Numbered from the stretch's first letter, positions 37,790 through 51,665 are shown. The stretch is 64,000 nucleotides of DNA from Camelus dromedarius (GCF_036321535.1 NC_087436.1:22632001-22696000), one strand, 5' to 3'. Program-made: numbers and translations. Notes: generated from the sequence alone by a model not told the origin.

Positions 37790-38610
37790 GGAGACTCTAG
37801 GCCAGAGATGACATACCTCATAAGCCAGGTCTCACCACCCATGGGGGCCTTGGAAACACTCTACATGGGGACACAACTGCCACTCTTCCAATACACCACC
37901 CATTCCTGCTGAGGCCACGCTTCCCCCAGGCTGCATGATGGGGGTACTAATAGAGATGCAGGTTGCAGACATGGGGGACTTTTCTAATGGTCAGCTTTGG
38001 CTCCAGGTATACCCTTCAGCTTGTACAAAACTTTCTTCAAACACTGTCTCAGTCTGAGACTCTTCCCACCTGACCCTCTGTTCTCTCCCCTGTCTCTTTC
38101 CATGGGTATCAGATCCTGCTTTTCAATCTGGAGTTCCTGCCTGCCTATGTCTGCCCCTTAACTGTCACAGGCATTTCTTCAATAAATCTCTTGGATGTCT
38201 AATCCTGTCTTGGGTGTTTGGCTCTCAGAGGAGAAACTGATACAGGTGGGATTGAAAATGGTCTGAGAAGTAGGTGGTAAAAAGGAGTTTGCAGACTGGC
38301 CTGGCAACAAAGACTCTCTCCTGAGTAGTATTTAGGCTCAGTGGTTTTTGACACAAGGGGGCAGCCCAACTTCTGGCTGTAATCTGCAAAAATACGCTTT
38401 TGAAGGGAAATGCCCCTGCCGGCATGATTTTTCAGTCATTTGCAAGATATGGGGGAGCAATGCTTTCAAAGGCTGTGGAGCTATTGCTGGTTATCGCTAG
38501 GCTGTGCTGATGCCCTGCAGAGGGATAAAGAGACACAGGGGCTCTTCAAAACAGTTGAAGGTTAAGTGTGAGAGTCAGAGGACTGCTTTGGTATTTTACA
38601 GAGGGATATT
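37790..38610 (+). mobile_element. ERVL-class LTR (to ~38243) plus 5' internal fragment
   Basis: LTR 3' end 'aataaatctcttggatgtctaatcctgtcttgg...ctgataca', then leader/gag-like text 'gatgccctgcagagggataa...aggttaagtgtgagagtcagagg'. Confidence 0.6.
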
Positions 38611-40684
38611 TACCTCTTCTTTTCTTCTACCATATTTTTCTAATTGATTCTAATTTGTTAATTTGCTGTACTCTTTTTAATTCTTATTTTAATTGAAGTG
38701 TAGTCGATTTTAATTTGCTGTATTTAATACATCTTTTAAAGTTACTTTAATGTGTTAAGGCAGGATATGAATTCATATAGTAATTAATTCATCTTCTCAC
38801 AGACCTAATATAAGCATCAGATTGACCTTTATCATGAGATTTTCAGTATAAGCAAGACTAGACTAGAGTTCCTTGCTAGATACATAGTTTGAATTCATTT
38901 TAGACTCGTCTAAAGGAATCCTAGTAAAAAGAAATGACTTCCAGGGAACACTCAGGGGTTCCTTACCAACCCTACAAAATACAAGGTAGGATCTTCTTTC
39001 CTTCCTGTCTTACTTCCTTCCACTTTCCTTTCTTCTTTTGTTTCTATTGACTTATTCCAAAAAGAATTTAATGCAGCTCTAGCCTAGAACTAGTGAAGAC
39101 TGAGACAGTGTCTCCTGAAATCTCCATCTGTTAATTTTCCCAGGTTCATAGAATTCTGCTCTTGGGGTTAATTAAACCTTGAAGATCAGGCCTGGGGAGC
39201 TCATGCTTCCTAATCCTCCTGCCTTGCTAGGTATCTTGGGAAGGATTCTCCGCAGCCACAGGACATACCAGAGCTAAATCTCTACCCCAGACTCAGGGTG
39301 AATACGCTGGGCTAAGCACTATGACAAGAAATGTAAAACATGATACCTTCCACTTGAGTGGAAAAAAATCAAAACAAAAAAATAACAATAAATAAACTCC
39401 AATGTAAGATGATATATAGTTACATGCCAAAATCGCTCATAGAGGAGGGAAATCAAGATGGGACAGATCTGGGCAATCAATCCATATGAAGGACGCTGGG
39501 AGTTCTGAAGTGAGTATAATAATGTATGCAAAGGGATGGGGGCACAGACCTGGCTGGTAATACACTTTAACATTTGGAATTGTGAGAGAGAAAATTGGAC
39601 AGAACTGATCAGAGCAGATTTGAGTTTATTTTATAGGCAAAAAGTAGTTACAGGGAGTTTTTCATATTGGGATTACACTAGGTGGTAGGTTTTGCAGAGG
39701 GACTGCAGACAGATAAAGCTCTGAACTTCTTCTTGTGCTCCCACATAGAAGCAGTAAGCATTTGAGATTGGACGAAAACAGTGCTATTGAAGATAAAAGA
39801 GGCAGATGAAAGGAAAATTGCAAAATAAGAACTGGCAGAATTTCTCTCTGTCGCTCTCATTTTTTCTTGCAGGTTACTTCTTCCAACTGATCTCTCATCC
39901 TGTAAGCCTGAGATTATCTGCCCTATCCTATCAGTTTACCTTCCTTCTTTTTTCTTTTAAATTCCCCTGCCTGAATTAAATTTAAATCAGAATTGGATTT
40001 CAGATCTCTGTTAAAATACAGAACAAAAGCATTCTTTGAAATTTGACTATATAATAACATTCCAAACTTTGTTTTATTAATTAATTAGTTAATTTTGCAC
40101 CATAAAATGGATTCTGTACCCTGCAATATTTAAATTTTGGAAGTAATGAAACAGAAAGAGGTAGCTCAAATGAAAAAAAAGTGCATCATTTATTTTTTAT
40201 AAGATTTAGAATTTCTGCCCAAACATTCTATAATAAGATTAATATTTCTGCATAAATCACAAAGAGTTAATAGTCATGCTTAACAATGGTAATTAACTAA
40301 ACTGCTGTACAGATTTTCAGTATTAATCAACTTATAAAATACAGATGTGACATTTTTATTCTCAGAATCTCCCAGAGGCGAAGTTAAATTACTCTCAAAA
40401 CTATCAAGGGGCCAGAACACAGTGACTAGAGCACTTTATCACTGATATGCCACAAAGGCAGATGGAGCACATAATCCTCCTGCAAGTTTATCTCAATATT
40501 ATGTTCCTTTCTTTAAGGCTCGAAACATGGAGATTTCCCCTTACTCAGCAAATTAACGCCTAATCAAACAAGAATGATTCTAAAGCACTTTATGTAAGTA
40601 AAGTATTAGGTCACATAAAGATAATAAAGAGCATATACATGACATATATGTTTTCCTCTATAATCAGGAACACAACAAACTGTT

Positions 40685-40836
40685 CCTAACAGGCCCAAAC
40701 TGGAAACAACACTAATGTCCATCAAGGCATAAATGGATAAACAAATGTTTGTGTAGTCATGCAATGTAATATTATGCAGCAATGAAAAGAAACAAGAGTA
40801 GTGTTATATTTAGCACCATGAATAAATCTCAAAAAC
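40685..40836 (+). mobile_element. Old L1 ORF2 3'-end fragment (L1ME-like)
   Basis: 'aaactggaaacaac...aatgtccatcaa...aatggataaacaaa...gcagcaatgaaaag'. Confidence 0.7.
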
Positions 40837-40839
40837 TTT

Positions 40840-43745
40840 TAACTTCTTGGGTCAGCAAAGGGCGGATGAGCCAACTACAATTTCTCTCTTCCATAGAATA
40901 TAGCCAAAAATTCTAGAAAGAACACAAAAAGTGACTATGAAGGACTCAAAGAAGCAAAGAATGGTAGGTGGCTTGGAAGTAAAATTTTGAAGAAAGAAAA
41001 GTACAGTATTAAGTGTTCTGATCATTTTCCTCTTTTATGTCCTCTTGTACAGTGAATGACTCAAGTCCTAAATCTGCACAAACTCCTGAAGAACTCTGGT
41101 TTTGCTGATCAGAAGATTGGGAAAGGGGATGCCTATGGAGCCAGCATGTAGGGAAGAGAAGATAATTCCTGCTTTTCCTTTTTCTTTTCTTCTTAACATC
41201 TTTTTTCCTTCTTGGTACTGCCCTAAGACCAGCCCCAGTCATGGAGATGTAATGAGGCAGCAGCAACACCACCAATACAAAAACTGGAAATTCAAAGGGA
41301 AAACCTGTATATTTGGCCAGAAGAATCAAGAAAAAGGACCTCTGTAAACTAAAGAAGGGGGTGGGAAATCCTGGAGTAGAGAGAATTCTGGTGCATGAGT
41401 CAACTCAATCCAGGGCTCACTGCCAATCTGCACATGTGCAGAACAGATCCAAAAGAGCGCAGGAAAGGCTTGGAGAACTGAGCTACAATATAAGCCACCA
41501 CCCAAGTCCTAGACTAACCCCTGAGAGATGCATGTGCAGAACAGACTAAGAACAGCGTAACAAAAGCTTTGAGATCTGAACTACTCTATGAAGCACTTCC
41601 CAAGTCCCAGACTAAGCCCCAAGTAGCTCAGGCATGAGGCTGACCCAGTGTAACAACAACTTTGAGAACTGAACACATGTTGAGACCATCATACACTAAA
41701 GGAGAGCTAGAACTTGAGATCAGAACCAAGATGGTATGTTTGTCTACTAATACAAAAGATCAACAGTGTCCAAAGGATGTTAACAAACCAAAGTCTCACA
41801 GTGTAATATTCAAAGCGCCCAGGGTTATAATCCAAAATCACCTGCTGTACACAGAACCATGAAAACACGACCAACTCTCACAGAGAAAGAAAATTAACAG
41901 ATGCTAACACCAAGACAACACAATGTGTTCGAATTATCAACACTTTAAAAACAGCTGTTACTACCAAGCTAAATACTACTGAAATGAATGGAAAAATAGA
42001 AGATTTCTTCACAGAAATATGAGTGAAAGTAGCAAATGAAAATTTGCGAAATCAAAACTACAACATCTGAAATAAAATTTTATTGGATTGGCTCTATAGC
42101 CAAAAGAATGGAAAAAAACCGACTGAAGATAAAAGAAACTAAGAGAATTAATGGCCAGCAGGCCTGCTGTAAAAAGAAGGCTAAAAAACTGTTCTTCAGG
42201 CTGAAGGACAGCGATGTCTCTGGGAAATGCAGAGATTCAGGACTGAAAGAGGAGTAACAGAAATGGCAAATATCTGAGTAAATATAATAGGCTGCTTTTA
42301 TCCTCCTAAATATTTTAAATATGATTGTGAGTGTTAAAAACAAGATTTATAACACTGTCTGGGTGAGTTTTTAATGTTTAAATATTATAATATATAAGAA
42401 CTACAACAAAAGTAGGAAGGAAAAATGACCTAAAATGATTTTTTAAATTCTGCATTTTATTAGAGGTGGCAAAATGTTAATTAACTCTTAGTAGACTGTG
42501 AAAAACCATAGAGCAGCTCCAAAAAAATACGAGATTTAGCCAGAAATCCAAGATATTGATTAAGATAGAATATAGCCGATATTCAAATAATCCAAAAGAA
42601 TGCAAGAGAGGGGGAAGAGAGGAACATAAAACAATGAGGGAACACAGAATACAAATAATAAAAATGTTAAAACCTAAATTTGATTTTAGCAATAATTGTA
42701 TAACATGTAAAAGGCAGAAACATCAATTAAAAGGCAGAGATTATCAGATTACATAAAAATGTAAGACCCAATTATATGTTGAGTATAGAAAGCACATGTA
42801 ATTATAATTTTGTATATTTATATGTAGGCTAAAATACAAAAAAAAAAGGAAAATAGATACCATACCAACACTAATCCATGTATTAATATCAGACAGTATT
42901 AACTTCAGAGCAAAGAAATTTACCAGGAATAAAGGAATAATGAGAGGTTATCATAATGATAAAAGTGTCAGTACATCTTGAAGACATATGATTCTATATG
43001 TGTATGCACCAAAAAAATGGAGCGTCCAAATACATAAGTAAAAACTGATCCAAATGGTAAAAGAGATAAGAAAAATCCACAATTGTAGTTGGAATTGCTT
43101 CTCAATCTTTGGCTAAGATCATATATAAGTATAATTGGAGACATCAGTATTCCTTTCTCTATAATTGTTAGAACAAGTAGACAAAAAGTCAGTGACGATG
43201 TAGAAAACCTGAACAACACTATGGATCAACTTGACCTATTTGATATGTATAGAACATTCTACCTAATGACAACATAATGTACATAGGTTTCTATTGCAAC
43301 TGGATATTCAACAACATTAACTACATCCTGGCACTATAAAAAAAAAAGCAAAAAAGAAACACACACAAAAATAAAATCTTAACAAATTTAAAACAGTTGA
43401 AATAATACAAAATATGTTTTCTGAACAAAAAGAATTAAGCTAAATATCAAAAATAGATGCTAATAAAATGCCCCATATATTTGGAAATTTTAAAACACAC
43501 TTCTAAATGGCTAATGGATAAAAGCAGAAGTTTCAAAGGAATTAGAAAAATTTTGGAGGTGAATAAAAATGAAAATAAAATACATCAAATTTATGTGAGA
43601 CAGCTAAAACAGTGCTTTGAGAAACATTTATAGAACTAATGCTTACATGAAAAATAACAACAGGTTTTAAAAACAATCTCAGTTTTCACCCAAACTAGAA
43701 AAATCAGAAAAAAAATAAACATAGAATAAGCAGAAGTAAGAATGA
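40840..43745 (+). mobile_element. Old L1 5' portion (5'UTR with ~98-bp internal repeats, ORF1 remnant, ORF2 endonuclease region)
   Basis: ORF 43089-43277 includes IIGDISIPFSIIVRTSRQKVSDDVENLNNTMDQLDLFDMYRTF, the L1 ORF2 APE domain. Repeated 'gagaactga...cccaagtc..agactaa' units at ~41470-41670. Confidence 0.85.
43094..43126 (+). pseudogene. RNU2: U2 snRNA 5' fragment (3'-truncated retropseudogene) inserted in L1
   Basis: attgcttctcaatc-tttggctaagatca matches the U2 5' end ATCGCTTCTCGGCCTTTTGGCTAAGATCA. Degenerate TSD aattgtagttgga (43081-43093) / aagtataattgga (43127-43139). Confidence 0.75.
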
Positions 43746-44499
43746 GTATTAACCCTCTCTGTTGTAACAAGATTCTTCCTGTATTATTACTACTTATATT
43801 AATAGTTTTTAATGTCACAGCTAGAAATTATTGGTACTATCCTGTGTGCATTACTGACACAAACAGAAAACAGCATAACTTTTTACTTTGAAATAATAAA
43901 ACCCATTCTGCCAGGGTAAAAATTTTTGAGATAATCAACCATCCACAAAAGTGAGTGTCCCAGTGTCTTAAAATTTGAGTGACTTAATAAGCCTTATAGT
44001 AGTCAGAGCAAAACTTCATAACTAATAAAATATTTTAGTGGTTTTATACTTGATTCAGTTTCATGATCCAAACTTTAAAAAAAAATCCAAGTCATAAAAC
44101 TTTACATTATCCAGGCCCAGGAAGATGAAAGAGAAATAGAGATTTCATTATGAAATTTTGCTTTTTGCTTTTGTGGTTTTTGTACTTTGAGGATTTTCCA
44201 AAACTTGACCTCTCAGGATGTCTTGTCTTGGCTTTATGACTCATCCAGAAACCATTCAGAGGCATAAGAATATATCAGATTTTAAAAATCTGCTTTCATT
44301 AAAAGAGACTGTCTTTAAAACAAATCCCTACCTCCCTAAGGAATTATGATCTTGAGTTTTAATCTTCACAGTTGAGATTTCTACTTCCCTGTACAGCAAA
44401 ACACTCCATAAGCAGGTTCTGTTAGTAAAAAATGATTAAAAGACTGCAATTCCATTATTAAATTTCAACTTGGTCTTCTATATTCCTTTTCATTGTATG

Positions 44500-44915
44500 T
44501 TCTTTTTAATTTATTTTTTATTGAAATATAGTTGACATACAATATTATATTAGTTTCAGATGTACTACATAATGATTTGACATTTGCATACACTACGAAA
44601 TGTTCACATTGAAAAATCTAATAACCATCTGTCCCAATATAAAGTTATTACAATATTGTTGACAATATTCTTTATACTGTATATTACATCCTTGTGACTT
44701 ATTTATTATATAACTAGAGGTTTGTACCTCTTAATCTCCTTCACCTATTTCACCCACTCGCCTTCCTTTTGGCTACCATTTATTCTCTGTATCTATGCAT
44801 CTGTTTGTTTAGTTTTGTTTGTTTCATTTTTTAGATTCCACATATAAGTGAGATCATGCTTATTTGTTTTTCTCAGTCTGATTTATTTCACTTAGCATAA
44901 TGCTCCCTAGATTCA
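44500..44915 (-). mobile_element. L1 3' end
   Basis: 'ttttattgaaatatagttgacatacaat...tttagattccacatataagtgagatcat...tttcacttagcataatg'. Confidence 0.85.
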
Positions 44916-44984
44916 TGTTTTATATTTATTTATCATTTATGCAGTAAGTCTGTCTTTAACAACTGTAATACACTAGGTACTATT

Positions 44985-45135
44985 TCTTTTTTTATTGAAG
45001 TATAGTTGATTTACAATGTTGTGTTAGTTTCATGTGTACAGCAAAGTGATTCAATGACATATATATTCTTTTTCATATTCTCTTTCAATATAGGTTATTA
45101 CAAGCTATTGATTATAGCTCCATGTGTTATACAGC
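44985..45135 (-). mobile_element. L1 extreme 3' end
   Basis: 'tttttattgaagtatagttgatttacaatgttgtgttagtttc...tgtacagcaaagtgattca'. Confidence 0.85.
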
Positions 45136-46044
45136 AGAATTTTCATGGTTTTGCTGAGAGTTGTGCTGACCCATAACCCTGCTCCTTCTCTAGCTCTGTG
45201 GATGTTCCAAAGAAGGCTGGAGATGCCACGAAGAAGAGATATTTAAACTCTAGGTGGCTGCGGGGTGGAATATAGGGAAAGAGATACAGTACACTCTTTT
45301 CAGAATCAAGAATGGATAGATTCCAGATCCTGGCACTGTTTTCTCCTGTCAGAACTATCTTCATCCTGATTCCTTGGAAGTAATTACTTTGACCCAGGTC
45401 TCATTCCACTCTAATTCATCCAACACTGCTGTCAGAGAGTCCCTGAAATAGATGGTTTTAATTATGCTTCTTTTCTGCTTCATACATCCTCTTTTTGAGA
45501 CCTAGAACCAAACTCGTCACACCCAAGCACTTCATCATTTTAGATTCTTTCACACTTCCTATGTTGCATGGTCACTTTGATGCAGATATTCCACTAGATT
45601 CTTAGAGGTAGGGCATATCCTCCAACTAAGACCAGAAATATTCAATGGGAATTTTCTTTTATCTTCTACTTTTTTTTTTTTTTTTTGATAAACTTTAATT
45701 GCCTATGTAAGATCTCTGTGCAGTAGTTTGGTTCTGCGGACACAGAAAGAAGAAAGGGAAAATAAGAGAATCACCCGAAGCACAGCATCATAGACACCAG
45801 TCTGGCTATTCCTGTTTTTAAATAGCTACTACCCCAAGCCTCTGCACACCTCCATGCCACCAAGACTGCCCGGTCCCTCTTTCACCTCCTCATAATCCAG
45901 CAAATAAAAATTAATCCCTCACTTGGAGGCAAGGGATTACAGACCCTAGTCTAGAGCTATGGCCCATGTCTATACTGATGGGTCAGCACTTGTGCTATGC
46001 TTATTTTTAATACTCTAATTATTATCTCTAGACAGATACATAAG

Positions 46045-46345
46045 GTCATGCATTCTGTGAAAACAGTTTTATTTCTTCTTTTCTAGTCTGTATACATGTT
46101 ATTTTTTTTTCTTGCCTTATTATATTGGCCAGTACCCCCAGTATGATGTTAAATAGGAAAAGTAACAGCACATAGCCTTGCCTTGCTCTTCACATAGGGA
46201 GAGAAAACTGTGGATGCCCTTTGTCAGCGAGAGGTCATTTCTTCCTGTTCCTAGTTTAATAAGGGTTTTTTAAATGCATGAATGTGGAATTTTGTCAAAT
46301 ACTTATTTGACATTTGAGATGACCATATGGGTTCTTTCTTTAGTC
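46045..46345 (-). mobile_element. Old L1 ORF2 fragment
   Basis: 'cttgccttattatattggccagtacccccagtatgatgttaaatagg...gaattttgtcaaat'. Confidence 0.7.
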
Positions 46346-46347
46346 TG

Positions 46348-46965
46348 TGTGGTGACTTTGTAATGTGTCAACTTGGTCACCCTGAACTATGTTTCCCAGA
46401 AGGACATTCTCTGTGTTTCCAGTTAGGGTAGGACACAGAAAATATTTTTGCATGACCTTTGAAAGGTGGAAGTGAAACAGTGAAACATTTTGTTTCTTTG
46501 CTTGGAAGGTTAGGATGGGCTCTTTTGTCCTGATGCACTCTGCTTGACTGTGGGCTAACTGCACTGGCATAGGGTAATAGTCAAGAGTGCAACTGTGTCT
46601 ATTTTCACTTGACTCCTCCTTCAGCTTCTCCAGCTCCTGGGCCAGCTGTGTTTAGCTCCATGATGAAAACTGTCAGCTTCTCCTGCAGGACACCCACATC
46701 ATAAGGCTGGAGGCAACAAGAACTGACTTGGGTTCCAGGCCATCCTCTCAAGTTCCAGCTCTTGCTGTGGGTTCCAGATCTTGTTCTTCCCTGCTTTACA
46801 GACATCTCTCCTTACTGACATTTTTCTATGACCTGCTCTGAAGATTTCAAATTCCAGCACCAGACAAAAGCAAAAATCTTATGTCTATGACTTAAGTAGA
46901 TCCCATAACTGTGTAAAGTCAAATTTGTATATAACATGCCTCTTCAATGTAACCCTAACTGACAC
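46348..46965 (+). mobile_element. ERVL 5' LTR (MLT2-like)
   Basis: 'tgtggtgactttgtaatgtgtcaacttgg...aaccctaactgacaca', followed by a PBS-like 'tggtgccaagagtg'. Confidence 0.7.
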
Positions 46966-49735
46966 AGAATCTGGTGCCAAGAGTGCTACCAGAAAAGCAG
47001 AATCTTAAGAATGAGTTATATGAATTGGTTCATTTTTTCTGAGTTTTCTGGAATTGATTCCCTAATCCAATTATATATATAAAAAATTAATGGCCCTATT
47101 TCCAGTGTTGAAGAGGACACTGATAGTCGATGGTATGCTACAGCAAAACATTGACTCAAATTATCACCAGCTGAGAGCCTGTAGGAGGCAGGATGATGAT
47201 CGGTTATTTGTTACCAACCATTTTAATGATCAGTTATTTGTTACCAACCATTTTAATGAAAAAAAAAAAGGAATAATGGGGATCAGTTGGTTTCCTCCAA
47301 ATGAGCTAAATAATTTAAGGAAAGAAAATGAAGAGCTCAGGGCTTTAAATTCCTAGTTCACGTAAGATATCTAAAAACTTTTATGTTTTCCCTAAAAGAA
47401 GCTCCTACATTCTAGAGTCTATACCCTATAGAAATTTTAGTCAAGGGATAGATTTTCTAAAAGCAATATCCAATGTGTAATCTGTACATAACTAACTTAC
47501 AACACAAACTGATGTCATGTGGTCTCTTATTAAAGTTAGGGCATTAACTGGGACGGAAAGGGACACTGAAAATTGGGATGGGAACTTATGAGCAGATTGC
47601 AATGAAGTTGCATACCTTGAACCATAAATCTAAATTTTGAAGAGACTTCTTTGTCATTAGAAGTAGCCTTTCCATACTAAGACAGTCTCTCCTTGATGGA
47701 GGAAACTGTAGTGGCCTCCTCTGAGGTAGATGTCTTGCACAGGACAGCCTACCCTCCTCGTAACCTACTTCCACTATCTCTCTTGGTTTCTAGACTCATA
47801 CGTCAGGAGGTCCCAAAAAATGAGATTCGAAGTATGAATTACGTAGAGATGTGATACATACCAAAAGATTGCATGATTTTTGCCCATTTATATTGATAGA
47901 GGCTTGAGGGATATGTTTGATAATATATCTCAAGAATGTGGCATCAAGGTGGAAGGACTATAAAGATGAATGAGACTAAATTGATTAATGTAAGCTCGCT
48001 ATGCAAAGATTCCATATTCACTCAGTTGGCCTGTGCAGAAGACAGATGGATCTTAGACAATGACAGTGGATTATCATAAACATTATCAAGCAATTGCAAC
48101 TGCTGTTACAAATGTGGTTTCATTGCTGGAGCAAACCAACACATTCCCTGGTACCTGCTATCCAAATATTGATCTGGCAAATTTTTTTTTTTTTTTAATA
48201 TATATACCTGTTAGTAAAGACCATCAGAAGTAGTTTGTTTTCAGCTGGCATGGCCAGCAATATATTTTCGTGTTCTATCTCAGGGCTTATCAGCTCTCAG
48301 CATTGTCATAATTTAGTCTGCAGGAAACTTGATTGCCTTTTCATTCCAGTGGAATCATGCTGGTCCATTACATTGATGAAATTGTGCTGATGGGGCCCGC
48401 TTAGCAGGAGGTGGTGACCACTCTACACACATTGGTAAAACATTTGCATGCCAAAGGGGAGGAAATAAATCCCAAAAGAACTCGAGAGTCTGCCACATCA
48501 GTGAAATTCCTTCCAGGATGAAAAACAAGTTGCTGCATCTGGCCCCTCCTAACATAAGAAAAAAGACACAATATCTGGTGGGCCTTTTGGGATTTTGGAG
48601 GCCACATATATCCCCTCTGAGCATGCTACTCTGACCCATTTACTAAGGGACCTGAAAGCTGCCACTTTTGAATAGGGCCCTAAAAAAAAAAAGAAAGCTC
48701 TACAACAGGTCTACCCCTCCATAAAAGCTGTTCCACCACGTGAGTTATATGTCCTATCAGATTTGATGATGCTTCAAGTGTTAGTGGCACATAAGGACAT
48801 TATATGGAGCCTTTGGCAGACTCTTAGAAGTAAATACAGCACAGACCTTTAGTGATTAAAGCAAGACCGCACCACTCTTTGTATATAACCGGTGTCCTTT
48901 TGAGAGACAAACTTGGGGCTTGTGATTGGGCTCTAATAGAGAGTGGTCACATGACCATGGGCCACCAAGGTACCATGCGATCTGAACTGCCAGTCATGAA
49001 CTGGGTGTGGTCTAACCCACCAAGACACAAAGTGGAGCACGCCCTCCATCATAAAATGGGAGTGGAATAGATGCCCCTGGGCTAGAGCAGACCCAGCAGG
49101 CATCAGTAAGTTACACAAGCCCTAGTCCTACTATTTGCCTTCTTTTCTCTCAACACACACCTGTGGCTCATATGAAGTTCCCTATGACCAGTTGACTGAA
49201 GGAAAAAATAAAATCCAGGCTTGATTTATAGATTGATGGTCCTGTCCAATGTACAGGCAGTCACTTGAAAGAGGACAGCTATGGTGGTCCTATAGCCCTG
49301 TCCTGGGACACCTTTGCAGGATTGTGGTAAAGAGAAAACCACCCCCAGTGGGCAGATTTTTGAGTACTGAATCTGGTCATTCATCTTGCCTAGAAGCAAG
49401 CAAACCATGGGCTATCTGGCCGATGGTTTGGCTGGAAGGTCAGGGACTTGGAAGAAAATTGAGGTCAAGGAGGTCTGGGTAAGAGGGATGTGGCTAGATC
49501 TCTATGAACAGGCATAGAATGTGGCGATATTTGTGTCTCATGATGCTTACCAAAGAATGACCTTAACAGAGGAAGATTTCAATAATCAGGTGGATTGGAT
49601 GGCCGCTTTCTATGGACATCAGTTAGTTTCCTTCCCCAGCCCCCTCTGCCATTGTCCAATGGGCACATGAACAAGGCAGCCGTGACAGCAAGAATGGAGT
49701 TAGGCATGGGCTCAGCCACATGGATTCCACTCAAT
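46966..49735 (+). mobile_element. ERVL internal region (gag remnant, RT, RNase H), decayed
   Basis: WPVQKTDGS*TMTVDYHK (~48027) and LVHYIDEIVLMG (~48360) correspond to ERVL RT motifs WPVQKTDGSWRMTVDY and LVHYIDDIMLIG. Confidence 0.88.
47196..47259 (+). repeat. 30-bp tandem duplication within the ERVL
   Basis: atgatc(g/a)gttatttgttaccaaccatttta twice, one mismatch. Confidence 0.95.
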
Positions 49736-51144
49736 TCAGAAATTGGCCACACTGCAAATTAACCACTTGGAAAACAGAATTTGGTAAATTTGCTTCTGGA
49801 AGCTTGCTTTTGGCCAACTGATGTTTAGAAAACAGGCCTGCAGCCAATAATATATGACTCACAAAAGCCACAAGAGAATATGGAATGTGTTACTCATCAT
49901 CATCTCAAGGCCAGTAAACTACTAAACTTATTTAACTTGAGAGCTTTACACTTCAAAGCCAAGGTTTGCCTAAGGAACAATGCCTGGAGCTTAATCTAAA
50001 CCTATTTGCCTTTTTAAAAAACTTTTTGGCCACAGAGGGGAAAAAAGGTACATATTCAGTTGTTAAAACAACTGGAAAAGTCAAGTTTGAGGCTGTAATA
50101 GTATATGAATTTAGAATTTTGTGGGGGCACATTTCTGATTTAGGGTCAAGGAAAGTTCTGGGTCACTGTCTTCGATCTCTTTTTATGATTTCCCATAGAC
50201 ATATACCCAGAAACACACTCATATCTCAACATCCAGTATGAAATTTTATTTTTATTTCATATCACGAAGTATCTGCTGTTGACAAGGATTATTTGCAAGG
50301 GAGTTTATTACCCTCAAGGGAATGAGTTCTGGGCAAGAATAACAAAGGAGATGAGACAGCTTTTGCTTCAACTTTTCTGGCTGTAATGTGAATGGGTCCT
50401 CAGTTTCCTAGTCAAGATGAAATAATTCAGTGCTTTCAAGAGGAGAGACTCAGACCCAGTAGCAATCAAGAACACAATGGAAAAAAAAAAAAAAAGGAAA
50501 ATTGCACTGAAAACATTTCTGCCAGGTAACCATCAAACAAATGTCAGCGATGCAAAATCTTGATGAAGTCCCTTTTTCTTCCTGTGATAGAGGACACCTC
50601 TCTTCTTGTAGTAGTTATTTGTTTACCCCACAGCATTTGATGGTAAATTTTCTTCCTAAGGGACATTTCCTTGTTATAGCCTTTAATAAGTTGGCTTCTC
50701 TAAGCTTTTCTGAATTACATAATCACTTGCTTTTTCATCTTCATGGGGCAAATCCAAGGCTCAAATAAGTAGACTTCCTTGGGTTTTAAAGCATGTTTGA
50801 ACAAAGGCTATTTTGTTTTCTGGATGCCTTTGTAACAGTCATTTGTGAAAACTCATACATAACTTTTTATTGCTTAAAACCTAAGCAATTTTTAGAATCC
50901 TCCTTCCAATGAAAAAAGAGCCAATTTATAAAGAAGCCCAAGTAATGACTATGGCAATCCAACTTTTTTCATTTGCTTAAGTCTGATGGGCAGTTTTCAC
51001 TACTTGACTGACCAGACATAGGGCTTCACATTCGTAAGTCTATATTCAGCAATGATGAATGTTTTCTAGGACACACCCCCAATTTTTGTCTGATGTTCCT
51101 TCATGGGAAGTACCAAAAATCTAAAAAATAACTGGACAGAACTA

Positions 51145-51665
51145 GTCAAGTATGATCAATTTTTTAAAAGATCACAAATTCTCCCCCTTCCTGCACTCAT
51201 GACTTGGTAGTGTGACACCTTTGTAGTGTGATGCCTTGCAAAGAGATGCTGCAGATTCTTCTAGACAGAGGAGTCTGTTTCCCCACTCTGAATCTGAGTT
51301 GGTCAAGGCACTAGTTCTGATCGACTGGACATTAGTGAAGGTGACACAAAGAGAGACTTAAAAGTGCTGACACATTCAGGCTTCCCTCTGCGTGGCGCTC
51401 CTGACACGGCTCTGCAGCCGCGTGAACATGCTCAGACTAGCCTACGGGGGGCTCACAGACCCATGGAAGAAGGTCTTCCCTGCCATTGAATCTGAGCTTC
51501 CAGACATCTGATCGAGTCCAGCCGAACGGAAATGAACCCAGCCCCGATCACATGGACTGCCCAACAAGCCCAAAGAGATTGCCAACACACAGAATCATGA
51601 ACTAAATCAATGTTTTCTGCTGGCCCCTAGATTTGGGGTGGTTTACTACATAGCAGAACCAAGCA
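51145..51665 (+). mobile_element. MaLR LTR (MLT1G/H-like)
   Basis: 'gagtctgtttccccactctgaatctgag...acagaatcatga...tttggggtggtttactacatagca'. Confidence 0.7.

Noticed and set aside
41470..41680. Spaced direct repeats as a CRISPR-like or novel array
   Set aside because: Degenerate ~98-bp tandem units inside an L1 5'UTR, in eukaryotic DNA, with no unique-spacer structure.
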